Source of the DNA: an uncultured delta proteobacterium
GTDB taxonomy: Bacteria; Desulfobacterota; Binatia; UBA9968
DNA: 64,000 nt
Direction of reading: 5' to 3'
Assembly (NCBI GenBank): GCA_963737905.1
Contig: CAVTUQ010000025.1
Location: 256,001-320,000, forward strand
Positions 50,156-57,816 of this stretch are shown here, piece after piece. Positions within the stretch are counted from its first letter, which is position 1. Every line of letters begins with the position of its first letter. Under the pieces are notes generated by a model. That model had not been told where the DNA came from. It saw nothing but the letters and a program-made list of their open reading frames with translations, and made no database searches. Position numbers and translations under genes: made by a program.

Positions 50156-50623
50156 TTAAGCGCTCCAATCGTGCTCGTAATTCGACTTTTCAATCATGGA
50201 AAGTGGAATCTGATAGCGTTTTCCTTCCTGCGTCAAAATCACACTGTCTCCCACCACCTGGCCCAGAATTCCCAGAAACGATCTCCGGCCATCGATCAAA
50301 TCCCGGGTGCGAACGCGAATTCGCTTGCCGACAAACCGGGCAAAATGCGCCGCTTTTTTGAGCGGGCGATTGATCCCGGGGGATGAAACTTCCAGGGTGT
50401 AGGCGCCGTCGATCGCATCTTCTGCGTCCAGCAGCTCGCTCAGCTGGCGGCTTATCCGGCTCAAATCATCGACATTCGGCCCCCCCTCTTTGTCCAAATA
50501 CAGCCGCAGCACTCGTCCGCCGCGGCTTCCCTCGTGCCGAAACTCGATATCCACAATCTCCATTCTCTCGCCTTCGACTAGCGGGCCCGCGAGCTGCCAG
50601 ACTCGCGTGAGGGTCGCATCCAT
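50156..50623 (-). CDS. rimP: Ribosome maturation factor RimP
   Basis: LRLYLDK, YTLEVSSPGINRPL. Confidence 0.95.
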   Translation of the reverse strand: MDATLTRVWQLAGPLVEGERMEIVDIEFRHEGSRGGRVLRLYLDKEGGPNVDDLSRISRQLSELLDAEDAIDGAYTLEVSSPGINRPLKKAAHFARFVGKRIRVRTRDLIDGRRSFLGILGQVVGDSVILTQEGKRYQIPLSMIEKSNYEHDWSA

Positions 50624-50640
50624 CGCAATTCCAAGTCCCA

Positions 50641-50670
50641 AAAACAAAAAAAGCGGGCAAAGCCCACTTC
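50641..50670 (-). terminator. rimP-leader-type hairpin/terminator
   Basis: Minus strand reads AAGTGGGC-TTT-GCCCGCTTTTTTTG immediately before the rimP start, matching the conserved rimP leader pattern. Confidence 0.8.
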
Positions 50671-50806
50671 GAGTGTAAACTCCTAAAGTGTAAGATTTTT
50701 TTACCACAGCGCCCACCGGAATTGCAAGGCCCGGAGCGCGCCCGCGGTGCGTTTGCTTGCCGGGGTAGATTTGCTATGATTTTCCGAATTCACACGCGTC
50801 TATGCC

Positions 50807-51916
50807 ATGAAAGTATTAAACCTTCACAGTAAACAGTCACCGTCCAAAATCTCCTGGGACCAGATTCTTGCCGCCATGGAAGATGGCGTCATCACGGTGG
50901 ACCGGGACGGAAAGGTCTCTTATTTCAACGAAGCCGCTGAGATGCTCACGGAACTTTCTGCATCCCAGGCGATCCAAAAACCCGTGATCCAGCTCTTCAA
51001 GCGAGAGCATTGGCTCATAGAACTGGTCAAAAAGAGTCAACCGCCACGACAGGAAAGCACGCGGGGCGAAGGCGAGTTGGTGACGCGCTGGGGACACAAG
51101 GTGCCCGTCAGCCTCACGGTTTCTCCTCTGCAAGACCGGCACGACAATTTTCTAGGTAGCATCCTCGTCCTACGGGATCTGAAGCATCGGAAAGAACTAG
51201 AAGAAGATCTGAAACGAGCGGATCGTTTAGCCATGGTCGGAACTTTGGCCGCCGGCCTGGCTCATGAAATTCGTAACCCCTTGGGAGGTATCAAAGGCGC
51301 CGCTCAGCTGTTGAAGCGCTGCTTGGATCGCGATTCATCGTTGCTGGAATTTGCCAACATTATGATTCGCGAAGTCGATCGGGTGGACAAACTCATCGAG
51401 CAGCTTCTTGATCTATCTCGCCCGGCAAAACTTGAACTCACGGCGGTGAATATCCACGAGGTGTTGAATGACGTTTTATTGCTGGAAGCACAAGCGGCGG
51501 AAGAGTTGAGCATCGTTGTTAAAAAACGTTTCGATCCCAGCCTGCCTCCGATCCGCGGAGACCGAGCCCAATTGACGCAAGTTTTTCTCAATCTCGTGAA
51601 AAACGCCCTGCAGGCGATGAACGGGGGCGGCGCTTTGACCGTCACGACACGGCTGGAAACCGACTTTCACATCCGCGGTCAAGGAACCGAGCGCAGTCGG
51701 CTAATTTGGGTGGACATCGAGGATCAGGGAGTCGGAATCAAAGAGGAAAACCTTCCCCATATCTTCTCCCCTTTCTTTACCACCAAGAACAGCGGTACCG
51801 GTCTCGGGCTCGCGGTTTGCTATCGAATCGTCAACGAGCACGGCGGTCTCATCCGCGTGGAGAGCGTCGAAGGGAAAGGAACCACCTTCAGGATTTCTCT
51901 CATGGAGGCAAATTAG
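50807..51916 (+). CDS. PAS sensor histidine kinase, NtrB-like
   Basis: PAS domain, LAHEIRNPLGGIKGAAQLL, NLVKNA, PFFTTK..GTGLGL. Confidence 0.9.
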   Translation: MKVLNLHSKQSPSKISWDQILAAMEDGVITVDRDGKVSYFNEAAEMLTELSASQAIQKPVIQLFKREHWLIELVKKSQPPRQESTRGEGELVTRWGHKVPVSLTVSPLQDRHDNFLGSILVLRDLKHRKELEEDLKRADRLAMVGTLAAGLAHEIRNPLGGIKGAAQLLKRCLDRDSSLLEFANIMIREVDRVDKLIEQLLDLSRPAKLELTAVNIHEVLNDVLLLEAQAAEELSIVVKKRFDPSLPPIRGDRAQLTQVFLNLVKNALQAMNGGGALTVTTRLETDFHIRGQGTERSRLIWVDIEDQGVGIKEENLPHIFSPFFTTKNSGTGLGLAVCYRIVNEHGGLIRVESVEGKGTTFRISLMEAN

Positions 51917-51920
51917 CACT

Positions 51921-53366
51921 ATGGATCAGGGAAAGATCCTGGTTACGGAAGACGAAGAATCGCTGCGCTTTGTGCTGAAGAAGGCCCTCGAAAACGAAGG
52001 CTATTGGGTACAAACCACGGCCAACGGTAATGCGGCGCGCCAGTTACTGACGGAAACACATTTCGACGTCTCACTCATGGACATTAAATTGCCCGACGCG
52101 GATGGTCTAAGCTTGCTGAAAGAAATCAAAGAAGCAGGCATCGATACTGCGATGATCCTGATGACCGCCCAGAACACCATGCGCAATGCCATCGGCGCCA
52201 TGAAGAACGGGGCCTTCGATTATATTACCAAGCCCTTTGATCTTGATGAGGTCCTGGTCCTGGTCAAACGGGCCATCGATAGCCGCAAGTTAACCCGGGA
52301 TTTCCGGGAACTCAAAGAAGAAGTGAAAAAACGTTTTGAGCCCGGCGTCAATATCATCGGCACGAGTTCCAACATGCAGAAGGTCTACAAGACCATCGGG
52401 CAGGTGGTCGATACCCATGCCACGATTTTGATTCAGGGAGAGAGCGGCACGGGCAAAGAGCTGGTCGCCAAGACGATTCATTATAATTCGCCGCGCTGGA
52501 ATCAGCCGTTTGTCGCGATCAACTGCGCAGCCATCCCTCGTGACCTGTTGGAAAGTGAGCTCTTCGGTCATGAAAGGGGTGCCTTCACGGGCGCTCTGGA
52601 TCGGCGCATCGGCAAATTCGAGTTGGCCGAAGGCGGGACGCTTTTCCTCGATGAGGTGGGCGACATCCCGCTGGAGCTGCAAACGAAACTTCTTAGAGTC
52701 TTACAGGATCGCGAGTATAGCCGTGTCGGCGGCAGGGACGTCTTGAAGGCCGATGTTCGGATTCTGGCGGCCACAAACCAGGATCTCGAGAGAGCGGTCA
52801 AAGAGAAGCGCTTCCGTGAAGACCTCTACTTTCGTCTCAAAGTGATTCCGATTTACTTGCCGCCGTTGCGCGAGCGCAAGGGCGACATTCCGCTCTTGAT
52901 CAGCTACTTCATCGACAAGATCAATCGCGAAATGGGCATCCAGATCTCTGGCATTTCTCCGGAAGCCCAGAAGCTTTTGGAAGAACACACTTGGCCCGGC
53001 AACGTTCGCGAGCTGGAGAACACGCTTATCAGAGCGGCGGTGCTCTCCTCCGGCCCTATCTTGTTTCCCAAAGATTTTACTTTACAGAACAAACCGGCGA
53101 TCGCGAACCTCGAGGTGGATCAATTGTCCTTCGAAGAGATTATCCGCCACAAACTCGAAGACTACTTTCGCCGAACCGGTGACGTGGATTTGGATAACCT
53201 TTACTCTCTAGTCATCGAAAGAATCGAGCGGCCATTGATTGAGCTGACGCTCAAAAAAACTCGCGGCAATCAAATCCGCGCGGCGCAGATTCTCGGCATC
53301 AACCGAAACACGCTGCGCAAAAAGATCGTCGACCTGCGGATTGAGGTCAAAAGAGAAAGCAGTTAA
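51921..53366 (+). CDS. Sigma-54-dependent response regulator, NtrC-like
   Basis: Receiver domain, GESGTGKE, GAFTGA, WPGNVRELEN, Fis-type HTH GNQIRAAQILGINRNTLRKK. Confidence 0.93.
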   Translation: MDQGKILVTEDEESLRFVLKKALENEGYWVQTTANGNAARQLLTETHFDVSLMDIKLPDADGLSLLKEIKEAGIDTAMILMTAQNTMRNAIGAMKNGAFDYITKPFDLDEVLVLVKRAIDSRKLTRDFRELKEEVKKRFEPGVNIIGTSSNMQKVYKTIGQVVDTHATILIQGESGTGKELVAKTIHYNSPRWNQPFVAINCAAIPRDLLESELFGHERGAFTGALDRRIGKFELAEGGTLFLDEVGDIPLELQTKLLRVLQDREYSRVGGRDVLKADVRILAATNQDLERAVKEKRFREDLYFRLKVIPIYLPPLRERKGDIPLLISYFIDKINREMGIQISGISPEAQKLLEEHTWPGNVRELENTLIRAAVLSSGPILFPKDFTLQNKPAIANLEVDQLSFEEIIRHKLEDYFRRTGDVDLDNLYSLVIERIERPLIELTLKKTRGNQIRAAQILGINRNTLRKKIVDLRIEVKRESS

Positions 53367-53373
53367 CCGCTCC

Positions 53374-54006
53374 ATGCCACAGCCTTCACGAAGGCTCCAA
53401 CTACCGCCGCTTTACGCCATTCTCGATCCCGAGCAAACCAAGGGCCGCGCCACCGAGACCGTCCTCCGCGAGCTTTTGGAAGGCGGGATTAAGCTGCTTC
53501 AATTGCGCGCCAAGGTACTAACCGCCGGCGACTTCCTCCAGCTCGCACGGGTCGCGCGCAGATTGACGCGGTCCTCCGGATGTAAAGTGATCGTCAACGA
53601 CCGCGTGGACATCGCGCTTGCCTGTGACGCCGACGGTGTCCACCTTGGACAAGAAGATTTACCCCTATACGCCGCGCGGAAGTTGATGGGCGACAGCACG
53701 ATCGGCATCTCGACCCATGCAGTGGAGCAAGCCAAAGAAGCTGAAGACGGCGGCGCTGACTACATCGGGTTCGGTCCGATGTTCGGATCCACGACGAAAG
53801 AAACAGGCTACAGCGCGCGCGGCCTGGAAATGCTTCGCCGAGTTCGTGCAGCAATCGCCCTCCCCATAGTCGCCATCGGCGGAATCACCGAAGCGAACGT
53901 TGTAGAAGTCTGGCAAGCCGGCGCCGATTCCGCAGCCATCATCAGCGATATCTTAGGCGCGGACGATATAGCGGATAAGGTCAAAAGAATTCTAGCTCTC
54001 CGTTAA
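53374..54006 (+). CDS. thiE: Thiamine-phosphate synthase
   Basis: QLRAK, IVNDRVD, GVHLGQED, GISTH, VAIGGI. Confidence 0.95.
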   Translation: MPQPSRRLQLPPLYAILDPEQTKGRATETVLRELLEGGIKLLQLRAKVLTAGDFLQLARVARRLTRSSGCKVIVNDRVDIALACDADGVHLGQEDLPLYAARKLMGDSTIGISTHAVEQAKEAEDGGADYIGFGPMFGSTTKETGYSARGLEMLRRVRAAIALPIVAIGGITEANVVEVWQAGADSAAIISDILGADDIADKVKRILALR

Positions 54007-54124
54007 GCCGTGTAAACACCTCTTCCTCGATTCGCATCCTATGGTTCTCCGTCCAAAAGACGAAAATCTCGCTCCACTGTTGCACTTGCTGGGGTGATGG
54101 CGCTCAGGGTAAACTCTCATCAGC

Positions 54125-54445
54125 ATGAGTAGAACCTTCGACAAGGTCGTGCTCTGGTTCAGCGCGCCGAAGTGAGGATATCGGACCACGGATATGATGA
54201 TGTCTGACGAAAATATCCTCGCCAGGGATGTCTTGGCCGGTGTTTTCAACGGTATTGTCGTCGAAGACTATCCGAGCTATGGCAAGGGACCATGTGTGCT
54301 TGTCCTGCAAAAAGATCTGAACCAGGAACCGATCCACGTCGTCTGGGGAATTCCGAAGGATTTATCGTCGCCGGCGGTTGTCGTGACCGCCTATAGACCT
54401 GATCCCGATATGTGGTCTGAAGATTTCACAAGGAGAAAAGCATGA
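54125..54445 (+). pseudogene. DUF4258-like putative toxin with a doubly frameshifted N-terminus
   Basis: Reconstructs as MSRTFDKV / RALVQRAEVRISDHGYD / MSDENILARDV...PIHVVWG...VVTAYRPDP across two frame jumps. Confidence 0.7.
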
Positions 54446-54657
54446 GAAAAAAGCGCCATACAAAACTAGTTCACGAGGGACAATACGTAGCCGAAGTTGA
54501 TGTTGAACTCATCGAGACCGACGAAGGTTGGTCGCCGTACTTGTCGCTGGAGGATACCTACAAGTTAGACGATGGCCGTTTTGCGCTACGTCGGGGCGAC
54601 CTAAAGAGTGCAGCGCGCCTATCGCGCCTGTTCAGCCTGACCCCAGTGCGTGCGTGA
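54442..54657 (+). CDS. Putative antitoxin partner of the DUF4258 gene
   Basis: ATGA overlap. 71 aa with KLVHEG.YVAEVDVEL...WSPYLS.ED..KLD...ALRRGD. Confidence 0.7.
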   Translation: MRKKRHTKLVHEGQYVAEVDVELIETDEGWSPYLSLEDTYKLDDGRFALRRGDLKSAARLSRLFSLTPVRA

Positions 54658-54665
54658 GTTTGATC

Positions 54666-54725
54666 GGAGAACACTCGGATGGAGCCGCCGCGATAACTGC
54701 ACGCGGCTCACCCAAAACGCTAGGC
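54666..54725 (+). mobile_element. Degenerate attC site
   Basis: GGAGAAC ... GGATGGAGCCG / CGGCTCACCC inverted arms ... GCTAGGC. 60 bp, between two ORFs. Confidence 0.65.
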
Positions 54726-54753
54726 GGATCAATAGCAGGTCCTGGACGAAACG

Positions 54754-55290
54754 ATGACTCCACTAACAACAGAGCAGATTGATGCGATGTCCGCAGGTTA
54801 TGAGTTGGATGCGCTCGTGGCCGAAAAAGTCATGGACGAAATTATGCCTACAGCGCCGCACGACCGGGCGCACCTTGAGCCGATTAGGTCTAATGGCGAG
54901 AACTGGATATGCTGGCCGGAGTACGAACACGGAGATAAGTGCGAATGGGCACCCCTTCCGTTCAGCACAGATCCGACGGCTGCTTGGAAAGTTGTGAGTC
55001 GGTTTGAGCCCTGGGTTTGCCGTTTTCAATCAGCGGACGGATTCATTCATCTTGCTTGCGGCCATTGGGCAGATCACGGAAACTGCATCGAACATGGGTG
55101 GACGGAAGAAGAGGAAAAGTTGGAAGCCGACCCAGAAGCGTGGTCGTTTCACATTCATTTGGGCCTATTGGCCGAGGGGGATAAAAGTCCGCCACATTGG
55201 AAACACGGGGATCGATTTTGCGCGTTCGGCCCCACGGCGCCGCTCGCTGTCTGCCGAGCGGCCTTGAAAGCGATCGCGACGGCGGGCTAA
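54754..55290 (+). CDS. Phage ABA-sandwich-like domain protein (cassette ORF)
   Basis: ELDALVAEKVM...FSTD..AAW.VV...APLAVCRAALKA. The stop codon lies inside GGCTAAC (half attC). Confidence 0.65.
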   Translation: MTPLTTEQIDAMSAGYELDALVAEKVMDEIMPTAPHDRAHLEPIRSNGENWICWPEYEHGDKCEWAPLPFSTDPTAAWKVVSRFEPWVCRFQSADGFIHLACGHWADHGNCIEHGWTEEEEKLEADPEAWSFHIHLGLLAEGDKSPPHWKHGDRFCAFGPTAPLAVCRAALKAIATAG

Positions 55291-55356
55291 CAAGGCCGTG
55301 AACCTGCGCCAGTCCCCGACCCTACACACGGGTCGTAGGTCAAATCAGGGCGTCAC

Positions 55357-55437
55357 ATCAAAAGTAAAGAAGGAGGCGTCCGCTTTCTAAAGACGATCAT
55401 TCCCAGCCGAAAAGCCACGAAGGAGTATCTAAAATGA
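55357..55437 (+). pseudogene. C-terminal remnant of a BrnT/RelE-like toxin
   Basis: Reads ...VRFLKTIIPSRKATKEYLK* and overlaps the antitoxin ATG. In-frame TAG at 55336 and no N-terminus. Confidence 0.7.
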
Positions 55438-55718
55438 GCGGCAACCCGCTGAAATTGGACGAAGAGGAATTGCAGGTCCTGCGTGATTTTGAACGCGGGG
55501 AGTTTGAGAGCATTCAGCATTTTCGAAAAGAGAAACGTAGTCTGGAAGCAGCCGCCAAAAGAACTCTCCAAAAGGATAAGCGCATCAACATTCGCATTTC
55601 CTCCCGCGACCTGGAGAAGCTACAAAAACGAGCCGCCATGGAAGGGATTCCCTATCAGACATTCATCGCCAGTACCTTGCATAAGTTTGTAACTGGTAAG
55701 CTCAAGGAGCCCGGCTAA
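55434..55718 (+). CDS. CopG/BrnA-like ribbon-helix-helix antitoxin
   Basis: LDEEE..L..FERGEF, KDKRINIRISSRDL...EGIPYQT.I...LH. The stop lies inside GGCTAAC. Confidence 0.8.
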   Translation: MSGNPLKLDEEELQVLRDFERGEFESIQHFRKEKRSLEAAAKRTLQKDKRINIRISSRDLEKLQKRAAMEGIPYQTFIASTLHKFVTGKLKEPG

Positions 55719-55736
55719 CTTTTGCGCTGCAACCGG

Positions 55737-55887
55737 ATCGTCGCCATCGGCGGCATTACCGAAGCGAACGTTGCCGAAGTCTGGCAAGCCGGCGCTGATT
55801 CCGCAGCCATAATCCGCGACCTCTTGGGCGCGGGCGATGTTGCGGATAAGGTCGGAAGGATTCTAGCTCTCCATCAAGCCCTGTGAA
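55737..55887 (+). repeat. Diverged direct duplicate of the thiE 3' end (copy of 53866-54016)
   Basis: 151 bp, gap-free, 21 mismatches by manual count (about 86% identity). Translates IVAIGGITEANVAEVWQAGADSAAIIRDLLGAGDVADKVGRILALHQAL*. Confidence 0.92.
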
Positions 55888-56067
55888 TATGGTTTCACAC
55901 CCTGCGCTGTCTCTATGATTTACAATCGCCATACTCGGAGAGTAACATTTGGCTCCGCGGTTTAGTCCAACCCGTTTTATTCCCCGTCGCTCCTTCGACG
56001 ATCTCTCCCAGGCTTGATTGCTTCCAGGCTTTGGGGATAAAACGCTATACGTTATAGCGCACTTGAG

Positions 56068-56682
56068 ATGGACGTGTACGGGAAATTTGCTGAGCTAAAG
56101 GAGGTAGAGCGCGAAGGCGTCGATTACTGCGTCTGTGTCGTCCGGAGAAAGCACTCGTCCACCGTCGTCTTGGCGCCCCATGGCGGAGGTATCGAGCCCG
56201 GGACCTCGGAAGTGTCGAGGAAGATCGCGGAAGACGACTTGTCCTTAGCCATATTCGAAGGGAAGAAGTCCGTGGGCAACGCTCGCCTTCACATGACAAG
56301 CACGAACTTCGATGAGCCCCGGTGTCTGGAGCTCATCCAGGCTACCGACAGTGTGGTCGCAATCCACGGCGAAGAAAGCAAAGAACCAGTCATATTTCTG
56401 GGGGGTAGAGACAAGAAGCTGGGCGCGCGATTACGTGCAGCGTTGGAGAGGCACGGGTACAAAGTCAAGGTGCACGAGAATCCTGAGCTACAAGGGATGG
56501 CTACCGCCAATGTCTGCAACCGCGGGCGCCAAGGGGCAGGCGTTCAACTCGAGCTGAGTTTTGGGTTGCGCGAGACCTTTTTCGAGTCATTGACAGCCGA
56601 AGGCCGGAAGAAGCCCATTGATGAACTGGCCAAGTTTGCAGGCGCGGTACGGGAGGGGTTGCGTGCCGCAGGTGCGCTCTAA
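56068..56682 (+). CDS. Poly-gamma-glutamate hydrolase family (PghP/YjqB-like) cassette ORF
   Basis: APHGGGIEPGTSE, LHMTS..FDEP, AIHG, N.CN, GVQLELS..LR. Confidence 0.85.
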   Translation: MDVYGKFAELKEVEREGVDYCVCVVRRKHSSTVVLAPHGGGIEPGTSEVSRKIAEDDLSLAIFEGKKSVGNARLHMTSTNFDEPRCLELIQATDSVVAIHGEESKEPVIFLGGRDKKLGARLRAALERHGYKVKVHENPELQGMATANVCNRGRQGAGVQLELSFGLRETFFESLTAEGRKKPIDELAKFAGAVREGLRAAGAL

Positions 56683-56710
56683 CCCTTGAACACCGCGATG
56701 AACGTTAAGC
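56677..56710 (+). mobile_element. Internally deleted attC remnant
   Basis: CTCTAAC ... GTTAAGC span only 34 bp. Confidence 0.6.
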
Positions 56711-56717
56711 TCCAAAC

Positions 56718-57113
56718 GTGAATCCACTATCACGAAAACTGACGACAGGTACAATTGGGGAGCTTCTCGTTCAGCTTCGCCTGCTCCAGTTTGATGTCCA
56801 AGCGGCGCCACCACTCAAGGATTCTGGCAATGACCTCATCGCAGTCCGCGGGCATGCGATGCGGGCCATACAGATAAAGACTAGCGCGGGACATGCTTTT
56901 AGCGGCCGTCGTTTACCAAGATTTTATCACATCCTTGCGGCTGTTCGCCTCGTTGGCGATGGAGAAATTCTGCACCTGGATAAGTGCGAAGTTTTCCTGA
57001 TTCCCAAGGAGGAGCTACCGACTGTTTCCCGGCAGTTCGCTCGTTTATTGGATTATCGGTTGACACGGAGCTTGGTTGATCGGTTATTCAAGCCAAGAAG
57101 ATTACACAGATGA
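56718..57113 (+). CDS. PD-(D/E)XK nuclease-like cassette ORF
   Basis: GTIGELLV...L, G.DLIA, IQIKT. Confidence 0.7.
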   Translation: MNPLSRKLTTGTIGELLVQLRLLQFDVQAAPPLKDSGNDLIAVRGHAMRAIQIKTSAGHAFSGRRLPRFYHILAAVRLVGDGEILHLDKCEVFLIPKEELPTVSRQFARLLDYRLTRSLVDRLFKPRRLHR

Positions 57114-57123
57114 GTGCCATGGA

Positions 57124-57213
57124 GCCTAACTTTTGCCCCAGCCGTTGCACCGATTGCGTCCCTGTTGGACTTCGGACACCGTGGGCGGCGCGCCACTGAG
57201 CGTTACGTTAGGC
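57124..57213 (+). mobile_element. attC site
   Basis: Perfectly complementary GCCTAAC ... GTTAGGC, 90 bp. The right arm is CCACTGAGCG; the left arm is degenerate. Confidence 0.8.
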
Positions 57214-57232
57214 CTCTTAGCTATTGATCGAG

Positions 57233-57745
57233 ATGATATATCTTCTGGGCGTCAACCATGGTGTACAGTTCGAGAGCAAGACCTCGGATATGAACGTCAT
57301 TAATGCGTTTGAGGACTACTTAAGGGATGCGTGCGCAAGGTATAACACTGACTGCATCGCAGAAGAGATGAGCATCGAATCTCTGAAGAAATGGGAAGCG
57401 ACCCGGTACGTATGTAGATCCATTGCCGACACGCTATCCATAAGACACATGTTTTGTGACCCAGACTCAAATGAGCGCAAGAAAAAAGGGATAAAACTTG
57501 AAAAGGAAGTTAGGGAGGCCTTGGGCTACGGACAAATTTTGAGCGATTCTCAGGTAGAGAAACTAGACGAGGCGTTAAAAACACAATGGCCGCTCCGTGA
57601 ACAATTTTGGTTGGAAAAGATACTCGAAGCAGAAGCAGAGCGCACCTTGTTTGTGCTTGGTAGCAGCCATATCGAGTCATTTTCAGAGCTACTAAGTCAA
57701 AAGGGTATTGGTTTTGTCATCTTGGAAAGAAAGTGGGACACCTAA
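57233..57745 (+). CDS. Hypothetical cassette protein, possible TIKI/TraB/ChaN/EreA-fold hydrolase
   Basis: LLGVNH, IAEE, RE..W, VLGSSH pattern. AT-richer than the host genes. The stop lies inside ACCTAAC. Confidence 0.6.
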   Translation: MIYLLGVNHGVQFESKTSDMNVINAFEDYLRDACARYNTDCIAEEMSIESLKKWEATRYVCRSIADTLSIRHMFCDPDSNERKKKGIKLEKEVREALGYGQILSDSQVEKLDEALKTQWPLREQFWLEKILEAEAERTLFVLGSSHIESFSELLSQKGIGFVILERKWDT

Positions 57746-57816
57746 CCCGTCACTAGGGGTCATCGCCGAGCAGCGGCGCTAGTGCTAGTTGAAGTGAACT
57801 CATAATGATTTCTCAA

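Noticed and set aside
55888-56050. Possible intI remnant or attI upstream of the PGA-hydrolase cassette
   Set aside because: No tyrosine-recombinase motifs were seen, and attI cannot be identified without its integrase.
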